From positions 25,544,001 to 25,608,000 of the forward strand of contig OX597836.1 in NCBI GenBank assembly GCA_951406725.2: 64,000 nucleotides of DNA, written 5' to 3'. The first letter of the stretch is position 1. Every line of letters starts with the position of its first letter. The notes beneath the pieces were generated by a model. It searched no databases. It worked only from the letters and a program-made list of their open reading frames with translations, and was not told the DNA's origin. This document shows, piece by piece, positions 28,838 to 42,939 of the stretch. A program made the translations under genes and the position numbers. The stretch is from Octopus vulgaris. Taxonomy: Eukaryota.

Positions 28838-29764
28838 CATTCATATATACATATATGCATACATACACATACATACATACAGACATACATACATACATAC
28901 ATGCATACATACATACAAACAAACTCATGAATAAGAAGGTTATTGAAAACGACAAATCAATGGTTTGAAAACTTAATTTACAGTTATACAAAATATTTGA
29001 AGAAAATAACAAACGTTAAACAATCATAACAAAGATGGTAGTAATGAGAAAAACAACAAAAGCAGTGGCTGCTGCAGTGGTATTATCATTGAGTGAGAGA
29101 GCAGTGCATGTCATCAAAGTGACACTGGGATAAAATATATAGGTATACTGGGGTATACCCATCATGACTACTGGTCTGATAAGGGTACACCAGGAAGATG
29201 CATCACAACCATGTTTGCGCGACATGGAGATCTCATATCAATATAGGCGGTACATGAATTTGCAGGTGTTGCTCAGAATTTTCTTCAGGTCGAGTAGCCC
29301 ATCTCGCTCAAAAGGTCCCTGAATAAGGGTCGTTTAAGGATGTTGAACAAGACACCCATGTTTACAAAGGTGGATTATCCAAACCCCAAAGGATTTCCTC
29401 TCAACACATGGCTCTGATGCTCCCCCACTGCTTCTGCTCGTGATCAGAGATGCACATATCGTCAGCCACTAAGGGACATGCTCAACTGGTTATGGTCAAA
29501 CAACTGACGAGCAAATCTGTTGTATTGAGCAGAATATTTGCTGTAATCCATCTTTTATACTAAGACAAAACGTACATGATAAGACTTCCAATCAGTTAAG
29601 ATCAAGAGCCATTAGAGCCAATGTCTGGGACTACATCATCATCATCATCACCACCACCACCACCACCACCACAAGCACCACCACCATGTATGAATGTATG
29701 TATGTATGTGTGTTTATGTATGTATGTGTATATGTAAGTGTGTGTGTATGCATGTATTAATAAT

Positions 29765-30327
29765 AATCTTTCTACGATAGGCACAAGGCCCGAAATTCTG
29801 GGGGTGGGACCCGTCGATTAGATTGACACCAGTACGTAATTTGGATGAAGGATGAAAGGCAAAGGCGAGCTCGGTGGCATTTGAACTCAGGACGTAGCGG
29901 CAGACGAAATACCTATTTCTTTACTAGCCACAAGGGGCTAAATACAGAGAGGGCAAACAGGGACAGACAAACGGATTAAGTCGATTATATCGACCCCAGT
30001 GCGTAACTGGTACTTATTTAATCGACCCAGAAAGGATGAAAGGCAAAGTCAACCTCGGAAGAATTTGAATTCAGAACGTAAAGACGGACATAATACGTAT
30101 TTCTTTACTGCCCACAAGGGGCTAAACACAGAGAGGGCAAACAAGGACAGACAAACGGATTAAGTCGATTATATCAACCCCAGTGCGTAACTGGTACTTA
30201 TTTAATCGACCCGGAAAGGATGAAAGGCAAAGTCGACCTCGGCGGAATTTGAACTCAGAGCGTAACAGCAGACGAAATACGGCTACGCATTCCGCCCGGC
30301 GTGCTAACGTTTCTGCCAACTCGCCGC
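29765..30327 (-). mobile_element. SINE family C concatemer (one head plus three bodies)
   Basis: Repeated body units of roughly 190 bp joined at 'aaagaaata(g/c)gtatt'. The last unit has a different 3' tail. Confidence 0.8.
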
Positions 30328-30824
30328 TATGATAATACTAATACTAATAATAATACTAATAACTACTACTACTACTAATAATAATAACAATTCGTCACAT
30401 CAAAGAGAGAAACGAGAATTAGACCAAGCCCAGACATACATTAGACTTTAATGAAGCAGACAGTGTACAATATTTATAGATAGAAGACAAGGCTTGGAGG
30501 GAATCTTATAGACACAAAATATCAATGCTCAAAACGAAGATAATTACGAAACGAAAGTAACATAAGATAAGAGACATCAATATTGATGCGGTAATCATTA
30601 CTAAGTCATGGTTATGTTGTAACTGAAGCTGAATAAAGTAGGAACAGAGTAAATAGAGAGAGTGAGAGAGTAGAACAAGACAAGTTAATTACTGCAGTTA
30701 TTATAAACTATGGGGAATCGGATTCAGGTAAAATATAATGTATCGTGTGTAGTGAGATGAGAGGGCTTTGGGCAGCTGGGAAATATTTAGGAAATGTCTA
30801 GTGTTGATCTCTAGTAATAAATAA

Positions 30825-31128
30825 TTATTTCTACTTTAGGCACAAGGGCTTCAAAATTTTGGGGTGGAAGGGGGCTAGTCGATTATATCAACCCCAGTGA
30901 GTAACTGGTACTTGGCGGCGAGTTGGCAGAAACGTTAGCACGACGGGCGAAATGCTTAGCAGTATTTCGTCTGCCGTTACGTTCTGAGTTCAAATTCCGC
31001 CGAGGTCGACTTTGTCGTTCATCTTTTCGAGTTCGATAAATTAAGTACCAGTTGCGTACTAGAGTCGATCTAATCGACTAGCCCCTTACCCCCAAAATTT
31101 CGGACCTTGTGCCCAGAGCAGAAAAGAA

Positions 31129-31130
<2 letters not shown>
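30825..31130. mobile_element. SINE family C copy (30914-31130, plus) preceded by an inverted copy of its 3' part
   Basis: 30825-30912 is an imperfect reverse complement of 31042-31130. Confidence 0.7.
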
Positions 31131-31174
<44 letters not shown>

Positions 31175-31235
31175 TTTTGCCGTTGTAGTAACAGCAACGC
31201 AGCAACCACACCCAGCAGTAGTTGAAGTGGTGGTG

Positions 31236-31270
<35 letters not shown>

Positions 31271-32167
31271 GAAGAAATGTAACTTAAAAATCCTAGTAAT
31301 GACGGATGAAAGAAAATAAATGAATACAAATGATTAATGATAGAAATGATACAGAGCATATACATCATTTGATATAAAAAATATACAATAATCGTGGCTT
31401 TAAATGATATTGAATAATTACGCATAATGACTGTTGTCAATCGTACAAAGCCAGCGATTTTAGAATAAAGATTTAATCGATTAATTCTAGAGCCGTTTGT
31501 TGACGGGTGCTGTTTTATCGATCCCAAAGGGGATGAAAGAGGGAATTTAGTGCGGTTCCGTGTTTGAAGTAAGAACGTCGAGGAAAAGTAACTTGAGCAT
31601 CATATGGTATATTTTGAGTGCGCTCTGCCGATTATAGTTGTGTGCCGAAGAAAAAGGAAAAAAAGCGGAAAGGAATCACCTGACGTGAGTAAATGAAATA
31701 ATCGATGGTGGTCAGTTGTTTGAAGTAAAAGAAAAAAAAACTAGCAACAAACACCTAATAAACGAAAAAAAACCCCAACTAAGACATGAAAGAGAAACAG
31801 CCAGATTGCGACGGTTCCAGACAGAATTTCCAAACAAAACAGCCACCCATATATACACATAGAGTTTAAATAGAATTTTTTTTTCTTAATTCTTCGGTAC
31901 GTAACGCCACGTTCGGTCAGCGTTAATGGTGGAGTGTCGTTTGTACTCTTCTTTCTTCTTTTGAATTCTGATTGGAAAATGTTTTTTTCTTTTTTGTCAG
32001 CAGGAAATCTTGGGTATCAGAGATGTAACAAAAATTCCATTCAAGCAGAATTGTTTATACACCTTTCCGGCACACACACACACACACACACTTATATATA
32101 CATACATACATACACACACACATATATATATATATATACATACATACATACATACATACATACATAA

Positions 32168-32218
<51 letters not shown>

Positions 32219-32391
32219 GGAGATGTACTTGTATAGTGAGTGACTTGAACTGAGATCGTGTGCTGAAACAAAATAATTGCAGCGTGGAACGTGTTTATAA
32301 GCCATTTAAATCTAACGGTTTTTATGTCTTTTTTTAAATGGGTTATAAACACCTTCCACGCCTAAATTGTCATATATAAATACATACACAA

Positions 32392-32422
<31 letters not shown>

Positions 32423-32677
32423 CATATGTATGTATTATATATGCATATATGTAAATATTTATATGTACACATTATATAGGCATATATATGTATCAGTACT
32501 TTTTTTCTCTTTATTTGCGGGCTAACAAGGCAACCATTGGTTTCACACTGAATGAAGGCTCTCGGCATGAAAACTCTCAGCATGAAACCAATAGAAGCCT
32601 TTTTCACCCACAAACAAAAAATATTTTTCCACCAATGTGATATTGAGTACCCATTCTCATTGTTCAATATCACTATA

Positions 32678-32709
<32 letters not shown>

Positions 32710-33023
32710 TATGAAAACACACAGCTTGCATAAGACAATATGTTTCCAGTCGATCAATAATACCTGTTGTGGTTTCTTCTTCTACTGTGGTGGGGTTTAC
32801 CCCCTCATTTGCCCTTACAGCATTAAAAAGTTCCCACAGGGTTTCTGAACTTTTGATTGAAGACACCTCTGTCTCTCTGACGTTATGCGTAGTAGGAGAC
32901 ACTTGCTCAAGGTATCGAGCTGTGGAACTGAACCCGGAACCATGTGATTGTAAAGCGATGGCCATTACCACACGCTTATAATTGAGCATGTATTATATAT
33001 ATATATATATATATGTATATATG

Positions 33024-33322
33024 TGGCACTCCGTCGTTTACGACGACGAGGGTTCCAGTTGATCCGAGCAACGGAACAGCCTACGCATGAAATTAACGTG
33101 CAAGTGGCTGAGTACTCCATAGAGACGCATACCCTTAAAGTAATTCTCAGAGAAAATTCAGCATGACATAGGATATGACAAGACTGGCCCTCTGAAATAA
33201 AGGTATAACTAATTTTGGGACAGGAGCAATGTGGAATAAGTGTCTTGTTCAAGGACACAACATCGGGAATCGAACTCGCGATCTTATGATTGTGAGCCTA
33301 ATCACTAAACCACGCGCCTTCA
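33024..33322 (-). mobile_element. SINE family A copy
   Basis: Shares 'aattaacgtgcaagtggctgag...actccacaga' and 'cttgttcaaggacacaac' with the other copies. Confidence 0.75.
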
Positions 33323-33412
33323 CTGCACAAATTGAGATTCAGAGAGTTCACGACGTGATTCCCCGCAAGAATATGCTGAGGTTGCTCTCCATTACCTTCT
33401 CCGTGCCCACGC

Positions 33413-33524
33413 GGGGAATTGAACTCATCATTGCAAGACGACGAGGTTAATGTTCAATTTACAGAACTGGGGAATTGAACTCATCATTGCAAGACGACGA
33501 GGTTAATGTTCAATTTACAGAACT
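33413..33524. repeat. Exact 56-bp tandem duplication
   Basis: ggggaattgaactcatc...tttacagaact occurs twice. Confidence 0.9.
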
Positions 33525-33674
33525 GAAGTTAATCACAGAGACGAGTTATCATAACTTTGTGGTGTCTATTTACTGTCACGTGAATCTAGGATTATATCGT
33601 TTCCAGTTATGACCAACTCGTTCATTTTTCAGATATATTTCTAGAGCTATATTATCTCACGTGCCTTCCTTAAG

Positions 33675-33712
<38 letters not shown>

Positions 33713-33914
33713 GTGTGTGTGTGTGAGAGTGAGAGAGAGAGAAAGAGAGAGATTGTGTGTGTGACTGTCGTAAGAACTTTGCTCCCTAACCACATGGTTC
33801 CGGTTTCTGTTCCACTGCGTGGCACCTTGGATAAGTATCTTCTGCCACAGCTTCGGGCCGACTGAAGCCTTGTGAGTGGATTTGCTAAACGGTAACTGAA
33901 AGAATCCTATCTAA

Positions 33915-33959
<45 letters not shown>

Positions 33960-33968
<9 letters not shown>

Positions 33969-34350
33969 AATTATTGGAGAGTTACCACTATGTGGATATA
34001 CGTTTCCAACGAGTCTTAGCATGCTTTTCGCGGGGAATTTTGAGGCATAACCAAAAATGCAATTGGTTAAACCGCACGTGTTTTTGACGCTCGTGTTGGT
34101 CTAAAAAATTGTATTTAAGACAAACCTCTGCTGATGATTTATAGATGTTTATGTAAGTAAAATTACATATTACATTAGTAATGAAACAATTGTTCAGGGT
34201 CAATCTATTTATTCGTTATGTTTCACTTTGCTTCCGTTAAATGTAATGTTATTTCTAGTTGGAAACATCATTTCTGTGGCTATACTATCGGAGCTATTTT
34301 TAGCACTAGAGCTATCCACATAGTGGTAACTCCCTAATAATTTATGTATA
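33960..34350. mobile_element. MITE with ~38-bp terminal inverted repeats
   Basis: tacacataaattattggagagttaccactatgtggata and tatccacatagtggtaactccctaataatttatgtata. Confidence 0.7.
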
Positions 34351-34446
34351 AATTTGTATTTTCTCCCTAGTTTTTTGTGCTAAGCCACTCGGTGTTAAAT
34401 TAATGGTATTATTAAATTAATATCAATTTTTCACCCTCATTTATAA

Positions 34447-35173
<727 letters not shown>

Positions 35174-35874
35174 AGTGTGTGTGTGTGTGTGTGAGTGTGT
35201 GTATACTAATACGTGTGTGTGTGTATGTGTGTGCCTTTGTGTCTATATTTGTCCCCCCCACCGCCGCTCGACAAATGGTGTTCGTTTGTTTACGTCCCCG
35301 TCATATAACAGTTCGCAAAAAAAACCCAAAGAAAAACAGACGGATAAAAAGGTTTTAAAAATAAGTACTGGAGTCGATTCATTCGACTGAAAAACCGTTG
35401 GAGGCGGTGCCCCAGCGTGGCCGCATCTAAACAACTAAGACTATTAAAAGATATATAAACAGGTGTTGTTATTTAAATGAAAGCCATTATCAACTGTTGA
35501 ATAGAATAGTCTGATTGAAACGAGGTAAAGTTTACACGAAACCTATCTTGTCAGAGTACAAAGGAAGTCTATTGTGTCATACTTTATATTAAATATAAAG
35601 AAATTAATCTAAAAAAGTTGCGATATAACCAGACTATTGGGAATTGTAAAGAACTTTGGTAAATAACGCCTAATAAGATACCAGCGCTACACTAATAGCA
35701 TAGAAAAAGAAAATATAATCTGAGGTTTTATGGAAGAAAAAAATTCCGATAAAGTAAACGGTGTAGAGAAATTGGTGTTGGATAATTGAAGGCGTAATGG
35801 AGAGACAAACGGAATTACTTAATGATGATGTTTACTGTGAAGATTTGTTTTTCTTACATGCACACATACACATA

Positions 35875-36290
35875 CCTATTTCTTTACTACTCACAAGGGG
35901 CTAAACACAGAGGGGACAAACAAGGACAGACATAGGTATTAAGTCGATTACATCGACCCCAGTGCGTAACTGGTACTTAATTTATCGACCCCGAAAGGAT
36001 GAAAGGCAAAGTCGACCTCGGCGGAATTTGAACTCAGAACGTAACGCCAGACGAAATACCTATTTCTTTACTACCCACTATGGGCTATACACAGAGGGGA
36101 CAAACAAGGACAGACATAGGTATTAAGTCGATTACATCGAACCCAGTGCGTAACTGGTACTTAATTTATCGACCCCGAAAGGATGAAAGGCAAAGTCGAC
36201 CTCGGCGGAATTTGAACTCACAACGTAACGGCAGACAAAATACCGCTAAGCATTTCGCCCGGCGTGCTAACATTTCTGCCAGCTCGTCGC
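35875..36290 (-). mobile_element. SINE family C dimer (one head plus two bodies)
   Basis: Near-identical ~183-bp units at 35875-36057 and 36058-36240, followed by a single head. Confidence 0.85.
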
Positions 36291-36328
<38 letters not shown>

Positions 36329-36767
36329 GCAAACACACACACACACACACACGTACGCACACACATACACGCAAACACAGACACACGTACGCACACACAT
36401 ACACGCAAACACATACACACACACACGTACGCACACACACCATGCACTAACACATACACACACACACACACACTAATATACACATACACAAATACTAACA
36501 CATACATACACTTACACTTACACCAGACACTTACACACACACGTTTACGCACACACACACACACACACACTAACACACACACAAGCACTTACACGCACAC
36601 ACACCATACACGGACATATACACACCACGCACGCGCGCACGCACACACACAAGTGCGCGCACGTACGCAAACACCCACATACACATACACCCCACGCATG
36701 CACACATACATACACGCACACGCACATGCACACACGCACACGCACATGCACACGCACACACACACAC

Positions 36768-36807
<40 letters not shown>

Positions 36808-36820
36808 ACACACACACGCA
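36290..36820. repeat. Degenerate (CA)n tract
   Basis: Read directly. Confidence 0.9.
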
Positions 36821-36865
36821 TCTAATGAAATAAGAAACTTCGAGAAGTTGAAAGTCAAGTTTTTT

Positions 36866-37161
36866 CTACTATAGCCTCGGGCCGACCAAAGCCTTGTGAG
36901 TGGATTTGATAGACGGAAACTGAAAGAAGCCCGTCGTATATATATGTGTGTGCGTTTGTGTGTGTGTTTGTATGTATGTGTTTGTTCCCACGCCATCGCT
37001 TGACAACCGATGTTCGTAACTCAGCGATTGGGAAAAGAGACTGATAGAATAACTACCAGGCTTACAAAGAATAAGTCCTGGGGGTCGATTTGCTCGACTA
37101 AAGGCGGTGATCCAGCATGACCGCAGTCAAATGACTGAAACCAATAAAAGACTAAAAGAAT
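36866..37161 (+). mobile_element. SINE family B, 5'-truncated
   Basis: Homology from 'ctactatagcctcgggccgacc' to 'aatgactgaaac'. Confidence 0.75.
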
Positions 37162-38227
37162 AACAGCAATGCCGACTATCAAACAACCATCGAGGATGCT
37201 TATTCATTTAGAGAGGAAGATTAATTTTAAACCGGGAAAGAACATGAGTCCAGACAGGAAATAAAAATGGATTGGAATTTCAAAGACGTTGAATCGAAGA
37301 AAGATTCTTTAACAAAAATGCAAAACACCATTTGAAAGTAAGAATTCATTTAACCTCCATAAATAAGCAAAATTGAAGTGGATGGTCGCCACAGCTGGTG
37401 ACATTCAAGAAGATGTCTAGAAGTGAGATAGATATTTACCTGTACAATATACTATACACAACTACGTTTAAAACAGTTCTGCTATAGCACAGCAATGCTA
37501 AAATATCTATTCTGCATCTTCAATAAAGATTGAAATAAATATTTTCATGAGACAAACGTATAAACGAAACTGAATTATAGGATAATAAGTGATTTAGAAG
37601 GAACAGTCACATGAAAAGCTCTCACGTCAGAAGAGAGAGAAAAAACAAAAAACAAAAAAAAAACAACACAAAAATTGACTAGAAATGAACGAATATCAAT
37701 AACTACAAATATAACATTAATACGGATATCAAAGCCTGACTAAGAGAGATCAAATATAAAATGGAAAATACAATCAACATGAAATGGAAAATATAACTAC
37801 ACGATGAACAGTTAAACATGATTGAAAGAAAGAGCAATACTATTGATAACTGAAGAATTCCAATGCAACAGAAGCTTTTATAATTACCGTTCTCTAGGAG
37901 AACGTCATGACTTGTTAATATCAAAAATATTCTGACGCAAAAAAGTGGTTTTAAAACAGATCCTGGGAGTGGCATTTGGCGATAAAAATAGACTATACTT
38001 CTCATATTATGTCCGATTGAAGCTACTTATGAATAATATATCTATATGATATATATGTATATATATGCATATATACACACATATATATATGTATATATAT
38101 ATATCATCATCATCATCATCATGTGACCGACCAGGCTATCAGATGTTGCTACACATCGCTGGTCACAATGCGCTTCGCATTGTTTTAGCCTTCAAATGAC
38201 GCCACCCCCGCTGGCTAAGCGAGCAGG

Positions 38228-38291
<64 letters not shown>

Positions 38292-38299
38292 CATGTATT

Positions 38300-38600
38300 G
38301 TTTTTTGTATTTATATTCGTATTACTTTTTGTTTTTTGTATTCATTTTCGTGTAACATCGTTCGTTTTTCTGTCCTTGTTTCGTATACATTCGATCCTTT
38401 TTCCAAGAAATCCAATGCTCGTAGCTTAGTTTTTCCTTGGGGCTGGCCAGATCGGAGCAATCTCAAGATTAGTCAGCCGAAATTGCGAGGATGATCCGGT
38501 TCTTGACTGAAGATTAGAGGCTTCGAATGACCCGTCCGTTTTCGTATCGTCTATTTGAATGTTTTGCGTTCTTGTCCCATTTTGTATTTTTTTTATATAT
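38300..38600. repeat. Interspersed family E within (TA)n; other copies at 4745-4912 (inverted) and 55060-55350
   Basis: Shared 'gccgaaattgc...gactga.ga...atgacccgtcc...gttttgcgttcttgtc'. Confidence 0.7.
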
Positions 38601-39286
38601 ATTTTTTATATAAATATATATATGTTTGTGTGTAAATGACAGATGAGCTCGTAACTTTATCAATAAAATATTGATAAAGTATGATATCCGTATGGTCTCT
38701 CACAATCATTATAAGTTTTAAAAAGTACGGGTATGGCTATGACTCTCTGAGGGAATCTACCGAGATCGATTCCTCTCCGGACCTTTGACCGTATCTACCT
38801 AAAATCAGTCACCCCATTCTCCCTCACCGTTCAACTGGGAGTCGTTTGGAGTGGCTTCTTTTGTCTTTCTTGACACAAATTGTCATTGAGATGCGTTACT
38901 TTTTGCTCTGATCAGCGAATCTCGAAACACTATAAATAATACCTTTTAAATATTGAGTTGAAAAAACCCCTTTCGATAGAAAACAATCGAAGACAGTCTT
39001 CGATTTTGTGTATTTGAAAGGGTTTTTTCAATCCAATATTTAGTTGTTATTATTTAAAGCTTCACAAAGTGGCAGAATCGTCAGCACGCCGGACAAAATG
39101 CTTAGTTCTGAGTTCAAGTTTCGCCGAAGTCGACTTTGTATTTCGGGGTCGATAAAATAAATATCAGTCAAACACTGGGGTCGATGTTGCTGGCTTTGTG
39201 CCAAAATTTGAAAAACGTTATTTATAGCTTCATTCATTTCGCGATCCACAATTCATCCCCACTCCAAAAAAAAAAAAAAAAGGATT

Positions 39287-39688
39287 AGGTGTGGCTGTGG
39301 TAAGAAGCTTGCTTCCCAACCACATGGTTTCGGGTTCAGTCCCACTGCGTGGCACATTAGGCAATTGTCTTCTACTATAGCCTCGTCCCGACCAAAGCCT
39401 TGTAAGTGGATTTGGTAGGCGGAAACTGAAAGAAGCCCATCGTATATATGTATGTATATATCTATGTATGTGTGTGTGTCTTTGAGTCTGTGTTTGTCCC
39501 TCACCACCCCTTGACAACCAGTGTTGGCGTGCTTACGTCCCCGTAACTTAGCAGTTCGGCAAAAACCTATAGAATAAATACCAGGCTTTAAAAAGTCCTA
39601 CGGTCGATTTATTCGAATAAAAACCCTTCAAGGCGGTGCCCCAGCATGGCCTCAGAAACACAACTGAAACAAGTAAATTATAAAAGAC
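39287..39688 (+). mobile_element. SINE family B copy
   Basis: Head ggtgtggctgtggtaagaagcttgc through tail ctgaaacaagtaaa. Confidence 0.8.
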
Positions 39689-40344
39689 AGAAGATTCTCT
39701 TTGAAAGTTCAGAAAATTCTGATGACGTCAACAATAATTAGTTTACCTTCATTTACGAGTGCAAATTAAACAACAATTGTGGGTGGGTAATTGCATTACG
39801 TACGACTTCCCCCCGTTCCTCCGCTTCCACCGTTGAACTATAAAATATTTAGCGTAGCAGACACTGCACACAGGATAGATGAGGGAATTAGGATGATGAC
39901 GATGATGATGATGATGATGGCGTCAGTTTGAGCTGAGTGTAGGAAACAACAATACTGCGACTGTCCTTGGAGACTTGAAGAAAGATGGGCGTGTTTCAGA
40001 GCGAGCTACATTGACATACTAACATTGTCATTTAATATTATCAGAATGAGAACATGGAAATAGAGGTATATAGATACGCACGCACACACACACACACACA
40101 TACACACAACACGCACACATATATATATATTGCGTTACTATATCCATGTTGCGTTGTTGTTGCTGTTGTTGTTGTTGTTGCTGTTGTTGTTATTGGCGAA
40201 TTGACAAATGTGGCGAAACAAAATGAAAAAAAAAACGTCCGGGAATTGGAGACCAAAAATATGGAGGATTGAAGATTGTTCGATATTTTTGTGTCTATCT
40301 TCTCTCTGTCTGTCTATGTGTACGTCTCTCTCTCTCTCTCTCTC

Positions 40345-40425
<81 letters not shown>

Positions 40426-40498
40426 GTTGTCTGTCTCTCAGTCTCTCTCTTCGTCTCTCTCTATCAATATCTATGTCTATCTCTCTATATATATTCAC

Positions 40499-40544
<46 letters not shown>

Positions 40545-40839
40545 CCTCACACATATACACTCACCCCAAAAGCACACATAATGAATGCTGTGTGAGTATC
40601 CAGTTGTTCTCATTGAATGATCGTGGAAATTGGCTGAGTATACCACAGACACGTATGCCTTTAACGTAAATCCCAACCAGAAACAGACGCAGCACATGAA
40701 AAGACTGGGCATTTGAATTACTGGTACAATCCACCCGGCGGGCTTCCGCTCAGTTTTCTTCTACCCTGTTTCATTCACAACGGTTGGGGTGACCCGAGGC
40801 TGTGATGGAAGACATCTTTTTGTCAGACATAGCATCTTT

Positions 40840-41262
40840 TATCTTTTTCTTGTTTCGATCTTTAGACTGCGGCCATACTGTGTCACCACCCTGAAGAATT
40901 TTTGTCGAACGAATCGACACCAGTACTTATTATATGTCAAAGCCTGGTACGTATTCTGTCTCTCTCTGCTGCCAAACCGCTCAGTTACATGGACGTAAAC
41001 ACAACACCGGTTGTTAAGCGGCAGTGGGAGATAAATGCAGACACAAAGACAGACGCAGACAGACAGACAGGTACGCACACATGCACACACACACACGCAC
41101 GACAGGCTTCTTTCAGTATCCGTCTACAAAATCCATTCACAAGGCCTTGGTCTATCTAAAGTTATAGCAGAAGACACTTACCCAGAGTGCTGCGCTGTGG
41201 AACTAAACTCGGAATAATGTAGATGGGAAGCCAGCTTCTTACAACAGAGCCACGCTTGCACC
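40840..41262 (-). mobile_element. SINE family B copy (diverged)
   Basis: Recognisable head, internal microsatellite and tail. Confidence 0.7.
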
Positions 41263-42538
41263 TAGTTTATCTAGGACTATACTATAAAATGTCCCATATA
41301 TTATGATAATAACATGTCATTTTATGGAGATTTGGTTGTTATTCCTAGCAATTTTAACGCCCGTATCGCTAGAGGAGTGACTGTTCTGTCGGTGATGTTA
41401 CTAGATGTAGTGTTGTTAGCTCCTTTAGTGTTTAGACCGAATTAAGCCCTGATTGAAAGTACAATAACAAGAGAATTACAATAGGTGAAAATTCCTTTAT
41501 TTTCCAGGCATTGTAAACCTGGAGCTGCATTATCTCATGTATCATGTACCTCGTCTAGCATTCTATTTTAAGATATTGGAATGGGATTTTCAAAAAATAT
41601 ATGACTACTATTTCTAGCTACTCGACGACATATCGGTTTTTCTCGTTTACAAGTTAATTCCGTTACTTTTTTCAGTTAGACAGAAAGTACTTAAAACAGT
41701 TAGCCAGACGACAGATCCATGGCCAGTATACAAGCCACTGACAACCCAGGCTGGTCATCGTGCTACCATCCACTTCGCCATTTTTTGGCTCTGCACTCAC
41801 ATAGAAATACTCTACTGGTAGAACCGTGTGGCTAAGATAGAAAACAATAGAAAACAATCGAAGACAGTCTTCGATTTTGTGTATTTGAAAGGGTTTTTTC
41901 AATCCAATATTTAGTTGTTATTATTTAAAGCTTCACAAAGTGGCAGAATCGTCAGCACGCCGGACAAAATGCTTAGTTCTGAGTTCAAGTTTCGCCGAAG
42001 TCGACTTTGTCTTTCGGGGTCGATAAAATAAATATCAGTCAAACACTGCGGTCGATGTTGCTGGCTTTGTGCCAAAATTTGAAAACTGTTATGTATAGCA
42101 TCATTCATTTTGAGATCCACAGTTCATCCCCACTCCCCCCCCAAAAAAATGATTAGGTGTGGCTTTCTGGATATTATAGCATTTTGCGATACCTTTCATA
42201 AGGATCCGATTGACAGTACCTACTGGTGATGAATAGATGTAATCTGTCCCCCAGTTAAAACAAACAAATTGACTGTTGGATGCCTTTTATCAGAGTCCCA
42301 CACTATTGTAAGCATTGAGATAAAGCCTGGGGTCTTTAATGTCTTGAGGTTTCAAATATTTTCATCTGTTTCTTGCTGAGATAACCAGACTTATAAATTA
42401 GGTCTTATTTCTCTCTGTAATTACCCGTCTGGGAAGTCCGACAGAGTATCATATAGAGCTGACCCTCATCCCCGGGTCAGCACGTAAAACATACAATAAC
42501 AACAACGAGCAGGAAAGATGTAGGTTTTATTTACTCAC

Positions 42539-42643
42539 CCGCTCCGTTTGATTAACATCAAAGTTTTCCAATGAATCGGCGATGAAGGTAAGGATGTTAA
42601 GATGGTTGTTCTGGGCCGCACAGTGAAGTATGTTCATTCCTTG
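42539..42643 (-). CDS. Internal coding exon (phase 0-0) encoding one ankyrin repeat; ankyrin repeat and death domain-containing protein 1 (ANKDD1)-like
   Basis: Minus strand has acceptor ttctgttttttctacAG, 105 nt of open frame (QGMNILHCAAQNNHLNILTFIADSLENFDVNQTER) and donor GTGAGT. It fits the ankyrin consensus G-x-x-x-LH-x-AA-x-x-x-H. From memory it resembles the ANKDD1A repeat '[25 protein letters not shown]'. I found no other exon in the window. Confidence 0.85.
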
Positions 42644-42791
42644 CTGTAGAAAAAACAGAATGGAAAATGTAAACGTATATTTTTGGTGATGTCTGACGAA
42701 ATGGTCTGGTTATATTGTTTTATAATGTGAAATAAATATCCATTCTATGGAATCGTACGTAATGTAATTGAACAATTGTTTCCAGCTATAT

Positions 42792-42852
<61 letters not shown>

Positions 42853-42939
42853 CATATATACATACATAGATACATACATTTATACATACATACATACATA
42901 CATGCATACATACATACATGCATTCATATATAAAAAAAG

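Noticed and set aside
32764-32880. Candidate minus-strand exon; likewise about 51783-51865
   Set aside because: Donor-like sites exist but there is no good acceptor and no ankyrin or death-domain similarity.
37700-38000. RT-like words NYRSL, SKIF, QKSGF
   Set aside because: Too degenerate to assign without a profile search.
38500-38545. Hammerhead in family E (CUGAAGA...GAAU)
   Set aside because: GAAA is not intact and stems I and II cannot be formed convincingly in any of the three copies.
38905-38940. Hammerhead-like CUGAUCA...GAAAC
   Set aside because: Core G8 is changed and there is no stem I; at best a decayed relic.
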